A DNA stretch of 64,000 bases. It comes from Dehalococcoidia bacterium (GTDB lineage: Bacteria > Chloroflexota > Dehalococcoidia > SM23-28-2 > RBG-16-64-32). Below the pieces are notes generated by a model that was given only the letters and a program-made list of their open reading frames with translations, made no database searches and was not told the origin of the DNA. Below are positions 26,796-36,586 of this stretch, piece by piece. The position numbers and the translations under genes are program-made. Every line of letters starts with the position of its first letter. The stretch's first letter is position 1. The stretch spans positions 672,001 through 736,000 of the forward strand of contig CAXXTF010000002.1 in NCBI GenBank assembly GCA_963665775.2. Reading direction: 5' to 3'.

Positions 26796-27544
26796 TCTAG
26801 ATACTCCTTAACTGCCTCCAAGCCCAGCCGCCGAGACTCTTCCACAAAGCACTGAACTCGCTCCGGCGTTAGATACCGCATGGCCCGCTCCACCATGTCC
26901 GGCAGCGAGCGCAGGTACTCCTGCCACGCCTCCGACGTCTCGATGCCCGCCTCCCTCAAGTGTCGACCGGCCACGTACCGGAATCTCTCCCAGTCCGGCG
27001 GCTGATTGACCACGTCCAGGACCACCTCGCGCCAGCGACCAAGAGTATCGCCGTCGATGAAATCGATCTCCAGGGCCAGGTCGGAGCGGGCCACCTCCTC
27101 CAGGACATGGGCCACGACCGCCCGATCGGATCGCTTCTCCCGGTCGATGGAGAACTGCACCAACCGGTCCATGATGTTGGCCTCCAGGTTACCATCAAGA
27201 GTGGACCCCTCGCCGAAGAAGGGGCGATAGATAGTGGTGATCCAGGTCTCGTCCATGACCAGGTGCGTCAGATAACCGGCTATGAAGGCGGCTGTGGCTT
27301 CGTTCAGCGCTGCCGCTTGAGCAAGTCGGGGGTAACTCCGGAAGAGACTGTCCACGCCGCTCTGCTCCTCCAAGCTGCCCAGGTCGAAGAAATGGGTTCG
27401 CTCCCTCTCCCAGCGCGTGATCACCCGGATGTCCGGCGCCGTCGAGCCCAGGTACAGGTTGCCCCGCTCCCGGTCCAGCAGGCGGTGATGGAGGCCATCG
27501 GCCAGCTCCTTGGCCATGACCGTATGCAGCGTCAGTGGGGGCAT
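26786..27544 (-). CDS. zinc-dependent phospholipase C family protein
   Basis: MPP..LH N-terminus, LGSTAPD, THFF, GYLTHLVMD motifs. Confidence 0.8.
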   Translation of the reverse strand: MPPLTLHTVMAKELADGLHHRLLDRERGNLYLGSTAPDIRVITRWERERTHFFDLGSLEEQSGVDSLFRSYPRLAQAAALNEATAAFIAGYLTHLVMDETWITTIYRPFFGEGSTLDGNLEANIMDRLVQFSIDREKRSDRAVVAHVLEEVARSDLALEIDFIDGDTLGRWREVVLDVVNQPPDWERFRYVAGRHLREAGIETSEAWQEYLRSLPDMVERAMRYLTPERVQCFVEESRRLGLEAVKEYLECA

Positions 27545-27565
27545 TACAACCTCGGCCCAATTGTA

Positions 27566-28984
27566 TCAGACCGGCTCGACAGCCTCGGCCGAGCGCCGGA
27601 GCGCCGCCACCAGCTCATCGAACACTTCCCGCCGCTGTCCCGACAGCGCCGCACCCTTCCGCGCGATGAGGCAGGTGGTGGAGCGAAATAGCAGATCGAT
27701 CGCCTTAAGTCCGTTCTCTGCCAGTGTCCTGCCGGTCTCCGTGCCCTCGATGAGGAGCTCCGCGTCCTCGGGCACGTACCCCTCGGAGGCGCCAGCGATG
27801 GGGATTATCTGATAGCGCCACAGGTGGCGGCTCCGCGCGTAGTGATCGGCCAGGCCGGGGTACTCCGAGGCTATCCTTATGGACGTCTTCCCCTGGGAAC
27901 GCCACAGGTCCAGGGCCTCGCCGATGGTGCTTACTGGAAGCTCCTCGCTCACCACCGCCGAAAGGTTGTACTGCCCCCGCTGGAGGTCCTGTATCTCCTC
28001 GACGGGACTGGAGGGAAAGCGATACAGGTGCTCCAGCAGGCAATCACGGCCGGTCACGGCCAGGTCTATCTCCCCCGTGGCCACAAGCTGGGGCATGTCC
28101 TGCGGACGGATCACCTTGATCTCCAGCCCGGCCAGAGGACTGACCGGCCGCCGCTCCGTCCGCGACATGTCGTACCCCTCGAACTCCAGGCCCGCCGCGC
28201 TCAGCGCCTCCACCACGTGTCGCTGCTGGTGTCCGTCAGGCAGAGCCATCCGGATTACCAACCGCTCCGGCGGCCGTCGAGCCCTTCGCCCGGCAGCGGG
28301 AAGCGGAGTCGGTAGGCGGAGGCCGCTGGCACCGGCCCCCTCCGATGCCCCGGCCACAAGCGGACCCAGAACCGAGCTAAGATCCTTCTTGGCGAGACTG
28401 TCGGCGTTGGCGATGAGCCAGGCGGAGCTCTCCAGCAGGCGGAGCAGGGGCACCAACCCCCGTTCGCGCAATACCCTCTCGTCAGCCACTGCCACCACCA
28501 CAACATCCGCGTCCTCCGGAGGATAGGCCTCGGCGGCACCCCAGATCGCCTGGACCCGATAGGCCGGAAAGCGAGCCGCCGCAGCGAAGGCGTCCGCCAG
28601 GTTCGGATAGTCACTGGCCATTCGCACTACCGCAAGTGAGCTCAGGTCAGCGAGACCGCTGACGCCCTGGGCACTCGCAGCGTAGATGCCGCAGCGCCCG
28701 ATCCCCAGGTCTCGGACGCTAACGATCGGCTGCTCCGGAAAGCGGGCACGCATCTCCGCCACCCAGGCCAGGTTACACACACCCAGGTCGTAGCTGCCAA
28801 GGGCCACCTGAACCGGAATGTCCTTCTCCCGGAATACGCGGACCGTCACCTCATCCCGATCCGGGAGGCTCAGCCGATAAGAGCGCGAGCCCTCGCCGTA
28901 GCCCTCAACATGCAAACCAGCGGCCTCAAGACGTTCCGCCACAGGACCGCGGATATCTCCCGCCGGCAGCGCCAGCTTAATCAC
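27566..28984 (-). CDS. hisG: ATP phosphoribosyltransferase made of two tandem short-form HisG domains
   Basis: Two copies of the pattern: KLALP..REKDIP..YDLG..ASDYP..GAAE, and RMALP..RPQDMP..DLAVTG.D..ASEYP..GASE..TETGRTL.ENGL; GTG start 28984. Confidence 0.9.
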   Translation of the reverse strand: MIKLALPAGDIRGPVAERLEAAGLHVEGYGEGSRSYRLSLPDRDEVTVRVFREKDIPVQVALGSYDLGVCNLAWVAEMRARFPEQPIVSVRDLGIGRCGIYAASAQGVSGLADLSSLAVVRMASDYPNLADAFAAAARFPAYRVQAIWGAAEAYPPEDADVVVVAVADERVLRERGLVPLLRLLESSAWLIANADSLAKKDLSSVLGPLVAGASEGAGASGLRLPTPLPAAGRRARRPPERLVIRMALPDGHQQRHVVEALSAAGLEFEGYDMSRTERRPVSPLAGLEIKVIRPQDMPQLVATGEIDLAVTGRDCLLEHLYRFPSSPVEEIQDLQRGQYNLSAVVSEELPVSTIGEALDLWRSQGKTSIRIASEYPGLADHYARSRHLWRYQIIPIAGASEGYVPEDAELLIEGTETGRTLAENGLKAIDLLFRSTTCLIARKGAALSGQRREVFDELVAALRRSAEAVEPV

Positions 28985-30215
28985 GGCTGGCTTCCGCAAT
29001 CGCGCGGACCACCTCATCCACGCTCGCCAGGCGCCGGCCCGCGCCACCGTCACCGCTGAGGGCGAAGCCGTCGGCAGCGGCGACAACCTGCCAGGCCGCC
29101 CGGCCATCGCCCGATCCGGCCACCGTTACGCTCCGATCTCCCTCGCGCAGGGCCGAAGCCAGCCGGAAAGTAGCTACCAGGTCCGCCGTCCCTTCGCTAG
29201 CTGGCCGGATGGCAACCTCAAACACACCCTCAGACCCCTCTCCAGGCAGCAATTCCATCAGTAGATCGACCTCCAGGGCGAACCCGGAGGCCGGCCTGCT
29301 CAGATCCCCCACCAGCGAGATCAGGGCATCATAGCGACCACCACCCCCCACTGTGCGCTCCCCCACAAGGAAGTGAAACACGGGGCCCGTGTAGTACTCG
29401 AAGTCACGTACCAGGGCCGGCGATATGCGAGGGCGATGGCCGCTGTCTGTCAGAATCGTAACCACCGCCGTCAGCTCATCCAGCGGCTTCTCCATCTCGG
29501 GTATCGTGGGCAGCAGCGCGCTGCGCAAGTTGTTCAGGTAGGGCACTCCTTCCCCCTCCGAGGCGAGAAGCGCCCGCAAGGATACGCCTGTATCCGGCAA
29601 CCGCTCCTGTATCTCGTCCAGGGCAGCGATATCGCCGTCCAGAATGCGACCAGAGAGGGCGAGCTGCTCCGCCACTTCGAAGCCAGCGCGGGCCAGTACG
29701 GCGCGAAGGATTCCCGGATCCGATAGCCTGAGTTCGGGCTCCAACCCCAGCCGGCGCAGCGTCTCGCAGCCCATCAGGATCAGCTCCACGTCACCCTCCG
29801 GCTCCGTATCGCCGATGAGCTCCACGCCGCACTGGCTCCCCTCTCGCGACTCGTCGCCCTGGGCAAACCGAAACACATTCTGGGTGTAGAACAGCTTGGC
29901 CCATCTCGCTTCCTGCATCGCCTCGACGTACAGGCGGGCGGTCGGGATCGTTGAATCCGGCCGCAGTACCACGCGTTCGCCGCTCCAGCCGTCCCAGTCC
30001 AGGAACGAATACACCCGTCCCAGCGTCTGGGGCGAAAGCGTTCCGGCGGACGTGAACAGGTGCAACTGCTCAATGGTGGGCGTACGCACCTCGTCGTACC
30101 CCCAGCCCTGGCAGACCTCTCGAAAGGCCTCCTCTATCCGGCGAAAACGCCTCATCTCCGGCGGCAACATGTCCCGCATGCCCCGGCAGCGCATAGAACG
30201 GTTCATACCTTTCAT
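28977..30215 (-). CDS. hisZ: HisS-like protein, probably ATP phosphoribosyltransferase regulatory subunit
   Basis: GMRDMLP, LRPDST, QCGVEL, RDFEYYTG, GGGRYD; overlaps hisG. Confidence 0.8.
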   Translation of the reverse strand: MKGMNRSMRCRGMRDMLPPEMRRFRRIEEAFREVCQGWGYDEVRTPTIEQLHLFTSAGTLSPQTLGRVYSFLDWDGWSGERVVLRPDSTIPTARLYVEAMQEARWAKLFYTQNVFRFAQGDESREGSQCGVELIGDTEPEGDVELILMGCETLRRLGLEPELRLSDPGILRAVLARAGFEVAEQLALSGRILDGDIAALDEIQERLPDTGVSLRALLASEGEGVPYLNNLRSALLPTIPEMEKPLDELTAVVTILTDSGHRPRISPALVRDFEYYTGPVFHFLVGERTVGGGGRYDALISLVGDLSRPASGFALEVDLLMELLPGEGSEGVFEVAIRPASEGTADLVATFRLASALREGDRSVTVAGSGDGRAAWQVVAAADGFALSGDGGAGRRLASVDEVVRAIAEASRD

Positions 30216-30374
30216 CTCCTGAGGGATGTGGTCATTCTAGCACCGGCCGCACCCCCATTCAACGAATGCCAGCCAGCGCGGCAAGCAGACCCACGCTGTA
30301 CAGTACCGATGCGGCGGGCGGATGTATACTATAAGACAGTTCATACAGGAGTGTATCCACGGCATGCATTCACG

Positions 30375-31748
30375 ATGCCCTGCATAGGCTACTTCCGCCG
30401 CCGCCATCGATCTAGGTTCCGGCCAGGTTTGATCCTGGGCCTCCTCGGCGTTATCCTCGGCGCTTTCGCCTTCGCCTGCGCCAGCGGGATCAGCGCCGCT
30501 CCCGGCGCCGTCCACGTCCTCACCGCCAACGGAGCCGTCGGGCCGGTCATGGATCGCTACATCGACCGCGGGATAGACGCGGCCGAGGATAACGCCGCCA
30601 ATGCGGTAGTGATCCGTCTGAACACACCCGGCGGCCTCTCCACCTCCACGGACAGCATCGATCGGCGCATCCTGAACGCCAGGGTACCGGTGATCGTATA
30701 CGTCTGGCCACCGGGAGGACAGGCCGCTTCCGCCGGGACGTTCATCACATACGCCAGCCACGTGGCCGCCATGGCCCCCGGCACGGTCATCGGATCCGCC
30801 ACGCCAATAGACTCCGGCGGCGGCGACATCGAGGGTGACCTGGGCAACAAGGTCTTGGAGAACGCCGTGGCCAAGATCCGCGCCCTGGCCGACCTCCGGG
30901 GCCGCAACGCCGACTGGGCTGAGTCCGCGGTGCGGGACGGCGTATCAGTGGAGCAGAACACCGCTCTGGAGCTAAACGTCATCGATCTGATCGCGGAGGA
31001 CCTCGAGGACCTGCTCGCCTCCGTAGACGGACGCACGGTGGAGCTGGAGGGAGGGTTGGTCGCCACCCTGCAGACCGCTGGCGCCGAAGTCGTCTTCAAC
31101 GATCGCAACTTCATCGAGGACCTCCTGAACATCATCGCCGACCCCAACATCGCCTTCTTGCTGCTCTCCCTGGGCTCACTTGCCCTGTTCATCGAGATCA
31201 TCAACCCTGGCGCGATATTCCCCGGCGTCTTTGGGGTCATCGCCATGATCCTGGGCTTCTTCGCCCTCAGCGTCCTCCCCTTCAATTGGGCCGGCGTAGC
31301 GCTGATCCTGATCGCCTTCATCCTCTTCGGCCTGGAGGTGTTCGTGACCAGCGGCGGCGTATTGGGCGTTGGCGGCGTCGTCGCCCTCATTCTGGGCGGC
31401 CTATTCCTTACCAGTAACAACCCTCCCGAGTTCCAGACCTCTCGCTGGCTGGTATTCGGCCTGGGAGCCGCCCTGGGTGTCTTCGTCCTGTTCGTGATCG
31501 TGAACGTCGTCCGGATTCGTCGGATGCCGCCACAGGTAGGAAAGGAGACCCTCATCGGGCAGGAAGCGGTCGTGCGCTCGACCCTCGACCCTAGCGGCTC
31601 CGTACTCATGGACGGGGAGGTCTGGTCCGCCGAAGGACAGGACGACCCTATCCAGCCCGGCGAGCACGTGATTGTCACAGCGATTAATGGGCTTAGACTG
31701 AAGGTCAAGCGACTTCAGGAAAGGAGTGACACGAATGGCGACACCTAG
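30375..31748 (+). CDS. nfeD: NfeD membrane-bound serine protease (long form)
   Basis: LNTPGG, AASAG, AMAPGT.IGSA.P, TM region, C-terminal OB domain GEVWSA. Confidence 0.92.
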   Translation: MPCIGYFRRRHRSRFRPGLILGLLGVILGAFAFACASGISAAPGAVHVLTANGAVGPVMDRYIDRGIDAAEDNAANAVVIRLNTPGGLSTSTDSIDRRILNARVPVIVYVWPPGGQAASAGTFITYASHVAAMAPGTVIGSATPIDSGGGDIEGDLGNKVLENAVAKIRALADLRGRNADWAESAVRDGVSVEQNTALELNVIDLIAEDLEDLLASVDGRTVELEGGLVATLQTAGAEVVFNDRNFIEDLLNIIADPNIAFLLLSLGSLALFIEIINPGAIFPGVFGVIAMILGFFALSVLPFNWAGVALILIAFILFGLEVFVTSGGVLGVGGVVALILGGLFLTSNNPPEFQTSRWLVFGLGAALGVFVLFVIVNVVRIRRMPPQVGKETLIGQEAVVRSTLDPSGSVLMDGEVWSAEGQDDPIQPGEHVIVTAINGLRLKVKRLQERSDTNGDT

Positions 31749-32571
31749 TCCCGCACCTAGTCCCTCAAGAGGCAGCGTGTTTCGCTGGCTGATGCTGCTG
31801 CCCGTTCTCCCGTTTGCCGTCAAGATCGTTCAGGAGTACGAGCGCGGCGTCATCTTCCGCCTCGGCCGCCTGGTGGGAGCCTGGGGACCGGGTCTCTTCC
31901 TGATCATCCCCGTAATGGAGCGGATGGTGGTCGTGGACCTGCGCGTAGTCACCATGGACGTCCCCCGCCAGGATGCGATCACCCGTGACAACGTCACCGT
32001 CAGGGTGGACGCCGTAGTCTACTTCCGCGTCGTCGACCCGGAGGCTGCCGTGACCAAGGTCGCGGACTACATTCGCGCCACCTCGCTCATCGCCCAGACC
32101 TCCCTGCGCAACGTCATCGGCCAGTCTGAGCTGGACGAGCTCCTGAGCCGCCGCGAGGAGGTGAACCAGCGCCTGCAACAGATCATCGACGAGGCGACCG
32201 AGCCCTGGGGCATTAAGGTTACCTCCACGGAAGTACGGGACGTCAGCCTGGCCTCGGAGATGGTCCGGGCCATGGCTCGCCAGGCCGAGGTAGAGCGGGA
32301 ACGCCGGGCCAAGATTATCCACGCCGAGGGCGAGTTCCAGGCCGCCGCGAAGCTGGTCGAGGCCGGCAACGTGATGGCCGCCTCCCCCGCCAGCATGCAG
32401 CTCCGCTACCTCCAGACCCTCACCGAGATGGCGGGGAACGGGAACACCACTGTGATCCCGTTCCCAATCGACATCGTCACCAAGCTGGCGAGCGCTCTCA
32501 CGACCGGTCAGACTCCCACCACCGACCAAGGCGACGGCTCAGCCCAGGAGGAGAATAAGCAGAGCGAGTGA
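31735..32571 (+). CDS. SPFH/stomatin (slipin) family protein
   Basis: [43 protein letters not shown]. Confidence 0.95.
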   Translation: MATPSPAPSPSRGSVFRWLMLLPVLPFAVKIVQEYERGVIFRLGRLVGAWGPGLFLIIPVMERMVVVDLRVVTMDVPRQDAITRDNVTVRVDAVVYFRVVDPEAAVTKVADYIRATSLIAQTSLRNVIGQSELDELLSRREEVNQRLQQIIDEATEPWGIKVTSTEVRDVSLASEMVRAMARQAEVERERRAKIIHAEGEFQAAAKLVEAGNVMAASPASMQLRYLQTLTEMAGNGNTTVIPFPIDIVTKLASALTTGQTPTTDQGDGSAQEENKQSE

Positions 32572-32640
32572 GCCTCGTCGCAATCGCAGCCCCTTCTCGC
32601 ATCGGAGTACAGTGCAGATAGGCTAGGAGGACATTGCCGT

Positions 32641-33432
32641 CTAGGGCGCCAAACGGCTGTCGGGCGCGGAGGCGGTGCGCGGCCGCGATTCCGGCATCTG
32701 CGCCTCAGCCGCCGCTGCCGGCTCCGAGCTGAGCGCCCCGTCCGGGGCGTACTCCGGCCGCCTGGCGATGAGGTACCCACCGGCGACACTGGCGATAAGG
32801 AGGGACTCTAGAATCGTCGCCCCGCCGATGAGTAGCGTGATATCCCGCCAGAAAGACTCCGGGTACATCTGGATCAGGTGATCGGTAGTGGGGTTCAGCC
32901 GCCAGAAGTCGTTGCTGAAGGCCAGGAAATGGAACTGGTTCCAGGCCGCATCGAACCCCGTCAGGGCGACGATACCGGCTAGGCCGATGAGGCCCACGGT
33001 CAGCAGCGATCCGGATAGAGCAGCCGCGGCGAGGGCACGGACCGGCCACCGCACGAGCATCGCCACCGCCAGCGTCAGCACCGCCGCGATGGCGACGGTC
33101 TGGATCGTGAACAGGGCACGGAACAGGTCACGCACATCGGCCAGATGTGCGGTCTCACGGGCGTTGAAGAGAGACTCCACCCGGCCCCTGCTGTCCCGGA
33201 CCTCGATCAACAGCGGACCGGCATCACCAGCGCTGAAATAGGCCAGCAGCTCACTGTTGGCTCGCAGTAGTTCGGACTCGGGGATACCGGAGACGGCCGC
33301 AGCATCGTACTCGCGGACGGCGTAGTCGTAGACCCGCTGCTCTGAGGCGGCGAAGCGGATGTTCGTCGTGATCAGAGCGACGGGTATCGCCAGAACGAGC
33401 AACCCTACAGCTAGGGAACGAACGAGGCCCAA
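32641..33432 (-). CDS. TIGR01906/DUF1461 integral membrane protein (Lit-like)
   Basis: FNARE.AHLADVR.LF, F..FH...FSN.FW, LIQMYPE.FW; GGAGG-TTG start. Confidence 0.85.
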   Translation of the reverse strand: MGLVRSLAVGLLVLAIPVALITTNIRFAASEQRVYDYAVREYDAAAVSGIPESELLRANSELLAYFSAGDAGPLLIEVRDSRGRVESLFNARETAHLADVRDLFRALFTIQTVAIAAVLTLAVAMLVRWPVRALAAAALSGSLLTVGLIGLAGIVALTGFDAAWNQFHFLAFSNDFWRLNPTTDHLIQMYPESFWRDITLLIGGATILESLLIASVAGGYLIARRPEYAPDGALSSEPAAAAEAQMPESRPRTASAPDSRLAP

Positions 33433-33574
33433 TCCCACCTCCCCCTGGACTAGCCAATTACTGAACCTGACCTCACGGCTCCTCCCTCCATCGTAGGTAG
33501 AGCGGTTCAAGATTGTCAACGCTCTTGGCGACCGGTTATCATGCGTTAGAGTAGTTTCCCGAAAGGACGTTCCA

Positions 33575-34348
33575 ATGCCCCCTACGAAGAGAGATCTGCG
33601 TACGATCGGCGGGCTGCGACGGCTGGTCGCTACCCTGAGGGATCCCGACGGCTGCCCCTGGGACCGAGTCCAGACTCACCAGTCACTGAGGCCTTACCTG
33701 ATGGAAGAGGCCAGCGAGACGCTGGCCGCCCTCGACGAAGGCGCCTCAGACCGGCTCTGCGAGGAGCTGGGCGACCTGTTGCTGCAGGTCCTGATGCACG
33801 TGCAGATCGCCGAGGAGATGGGAGAGTTCCACTTGGAGGATGTCGTGCAGGGCATCTCCGACAAGTTGGTACGGCGCCACCCCCACGTGTTCGGCGAGGC
33901 CGTGGCGGAAACCCCGGAGGCAGTGGTGAACCAGTGGGAGGAGCTGAAGCGGGAGGAGCGCGGCGACGCCTCGGCGCTGACAGGGGTGCCGGAGACGCTT
34001 CCCGCCTTGGCCTTCGCCCAGGCGATCCAGCGGCGGGCGGAGCGCGCCGGATTCGCCTGGGAATCCGTCGCGCAAGCCTGGGAGGCCCTGGAAGAGGAGC
34101 TGGCCGAGGTGAGGGGTGCGCAGACGGCGGCGGAACGGCAGGCGGAAGTGGGCGACGCCCTGTTCGCGCTGGCTAACGTCGCTCGCTGGCTGGAAGCCGA
34201 TGCCGAGGAGGCGCTGCGATCGACCTGTCGCGGCTTCCGGCGGCTGTTCCAGCGAGTCGAGGAGACGGCAAGGGAGCAGGGACGAGACTTGAGGGAGATG
34301 GAGATGGGGGAAAAGCTTACGCTATGGGACGACGCCAAGACGGCGTAG
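33575..34348 (+). CDS. mazG: nucleoside triphosphate pyrophosphohydrolase
   Basis: LR..DGCPWDR.QTH.SL, EELGDLL, KLVRRHPHVF, EVGDALF. Confidence 0.95.
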   Translation: MPPTKRDLRTIGGLRRLVATLRDPDGCPWDRVQTHQSLRPYLMEEASETLAALDEGASDRLCEELGDLLLQVLMHVQIAEEMGEFHLEDVVQGISDKLVRRHPHVFGEAVAETPEAVVNQWEELKREERGDASALTGVPETLPALAFAQAIQRRAERAGFAWESVAQAWEALEEELAEVRGAQTAAERQAEVGDALFALANVARWLEADAEEALRSTCRGFRRLFQRVEETAREQGRDLREMEMGEKLTLWDDAKTA

Positions 34349-34446
34349 TTCTGATGACGGATAAGCCGCTCTCTCAGGCTGGACACCCTGTGATATCCTG
34401 TGAGCATCGATCTATGGCTAGAGATACTAAAAATTGGAGGGCCTCT

Positions 34447-35027
34447 TGAGCCAGCAGAAACAGAGCGTCGTCACGCCGGAGCGGTTTGCCTCAGGGTTGA
34501 CCTGGCAGCAGTTCCTGGCCCACATCCAGCGCAATAAGGAGAAATTCGAGAACAACTACCGGGACGCGGAGCTGCCGGAGGATGACATCGCCGCCTTGGG
34601 AGCGCTAGTGACCTTGCCTAATGGGCCGGCCAAGGCGTTGGCCCTGGGCGAGGACTGGTGTCCGGATGTGTTTCGGGGCCTACCGGTCATGGCCCGCATC
34701 GCCGAGGCGGCGGGTATTGACCTGCGCATCTTCCCTCGCGACGCCAACCTGGACATCATGAACGAATTCCTCAAACATGGGGAGCACCAGTCGATTCCCA
34801 CCTTCGTCTTCTACACTCGTGACCACGACTACATCACCCACTGGATCGACCGGCCGGCTCTGGCCGACGAGCAGATGGAGGAGATGAGGAAGCTGTTTGA
34901 AGGTCGCACCCGAGATGAGGCCGCGCCGCTGTACGACGAGTTCCAGCGGGGGCCCATCTGGGCTGGTTGGCGAACCGAGACCGTGCGGGAGCTGCGCCGG
35001 CTATTGGCGGAGAACCTCCGAAGCTAG
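34447..35027 (+). CDS. thioredoxin-family protein (single-Cys WCPDV)
   Basis: EDWCPD, RDANLD, SIPTF; GGAGG-TTG start. Confidence 0.85.
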
Positions 35028-35099
35028 CTCACCGATAGCCACGGAAATCGGAGCCGCGCCCCACCGCCTGACGCTCCCGCAATCGCACCGGAGAAAGCG

Positions 35100-35132
35100 G
35101 CGAGAGGCAGCCCGCCCCTGACTGCCTCTCGC
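35100..35132. terminator. 11-bp perfect hairpin
   Basis: GCGAGAGGCAG / CTGCCTCTCGC. Confidence 0.6.
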
Positions 35133-35398
35133 TATCCCACTCCCGTGAGCGGGACCAGAAGGAGGTTGCCCGTAGTTATCAGATTCGTAAAGTATAACGC
35201 CTAGCGCCCAAGAAAAGTTAACTAAGTGGTAATGCGCATTGGCGTTTGCTCATTCGCGAAACGACCGTTTCCCTCAAGCCAAGCAAAACGCGAGCAGCAG
35301 GAACAACGTTTCGGCTCACCCTTCAGAGCGATACCCATACGAACAGACGTATAATGATTACGGTAAGATCTACCTGGAAGGCGCTCCCTCAGCCCCTC

Positions 35399-35479
35399 GC
35401 GGTCCTAGAGCATACGGCTGACCCGAAGATCTCCCGCAAGGTGGCGCGGATGCGGCCCATCAGGTTGGTGAAGGGATAG
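35399..35479 (+). pseudogene. orphan 3' end of an rtcB-like gene
   Basis: Translates ...ISRKVARMRPIRLVKG*, resembling the RtcB C-terminus ...VARMRPIGV.KG*. Confidence 0.55.
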
Positions 35480-35509
35480 ACCCTCTTCACAGGCAGAAGG
35501 TGGTGTGAG

Positions 35510-36268
35510 ATGCGTCAGAGAGTCTTCATACTGAGCGGCCTGACGGCCGGGCTCGCCGTCGCCGTGGTCGCGATGGCAATCCTCATCTTCGGCAGCGGTG
35601 GCAACGAGGGGGCGTACCGTCAAGCGGTGCGACCCCTTCTCCAGGAGTGGCAGAGCAGCATCGGCCTCACCACCCTTAACTGTAGCGGCACCGACGCCGA
35701 ACCCGCTACCGGTCAAGATGTCGAGACGCTGGCCGGCACCGGCATCAACCTATCCCTAATCTACAGTCAAGTTCAGGCCCTGGAGACGCCCGATCGCTAT
35801 CAGGACGGCGTCGACGCTATGGCGGCAGTTTCGGCCGAGCTGGAAGCGATCGACGTCGATCGCGGTGAGCTGGCGCTGGCCCTACAAGGGATCGCCCTCT
35901 TCGACCTTGATCTGGCGCTCGCCGACCTGTCGCCGACGCCCGAGAACCAGAGCTGGTTCCTCCGCGCCGTCGGCACCTTCGAAACCTGGGGGACCGACTT
36001 TCAGAACTGGTCCGATTTCATCGACTGCACCCTCGCGGCGGAGCCGGAGCGGGTGGACGAGTTGAGCGACTACATGGGCCAGCTAGAGATTTCCGCGGAG
36101 CAGATGCGACGGCTCCAATCGGATGGCCCCCAGGAGATGCAGCAGGCGTTCGCCCCTTTCTTGAACGGCGTCGACGTCACCACCAAGATCTTCGCTAGGC
36201 TATCGCGGGCCCTCGAGCATCAGGTGGAGGTGGAGCGGGTGTTCGCCGACGTCATCGCGGAGCCGTAA
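35510..36268 (+). CDS. hypothetical membrane-anchored/exported helical protein
   Basis: N-terminal basic plus hydrophobic segment; 252-aa ORF with coding-like codon usage. Confidence 0.75.
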   Translation: MRQRVFILSGLTAGLAVAVVAMAILIFGSGGNEGAYRQAVRPLLQEWQSSIGLTTLNCSGTDAEPATGQDVETLAGTGINLSLIYSQVQALETPDRYQDGVDAMAAVSAELEAIDVDRGELALALQGIALFDLDLALADLSPTPENQSWFLRAVGTFETWGTDFQNWSDFIDCTLAAEPERVDELSDYMGQLEISAEQMRRLQSDGPQEMQQAFAPFLNGVDVTTKIFARLSRALEHQVEVERVFADVIAEP

Positions 36269-36586
36269 GTGAGGCCAGCGGCGCTCTCCTGACTCCGCAG
36301 GGGGACGCCCAGCCGCTACCGGCGCGACGACGCTCCGCTCGAAAAGTCAAATCGCGGCCGGGAAATCCCCTTTGCAGGCCTGAAACAGCCCCGGGCTGTA
36401 GCAAGGTCGGGCACTACCGCGTCTAGTACTTTAGAGGTCTGATCTTTCCGTGCCCCCTGGATAGCGGAAGGTACTAGTTGAAACTGCGCGCTGGACCTCC
36501 TAGCTAAGACCGTTCCGCAGTTTATGGTGCTCGATGGCCACACTAGAGACGAGAAGTCATATACGACAGGTAAGGTCGTGAGACCG

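Noticed and set aside
30375-32571. nfeD-SPFH pair as a novel system
   Set aside because: Well-known conserved operon.
34447-35027. Thioredoxin with CPDV instead of CxxC as a selenocysteine or recoding case
   Set aside because: The codon is GTG (Val) with no in-frame TGA; monothiol variants are known.
36340-36420. c-di-GMP-I riboswitch-like words upstream of the vWA gene
   Set aside because: The GGCAAAC...GAAA...GACGCAAAG core is not present.
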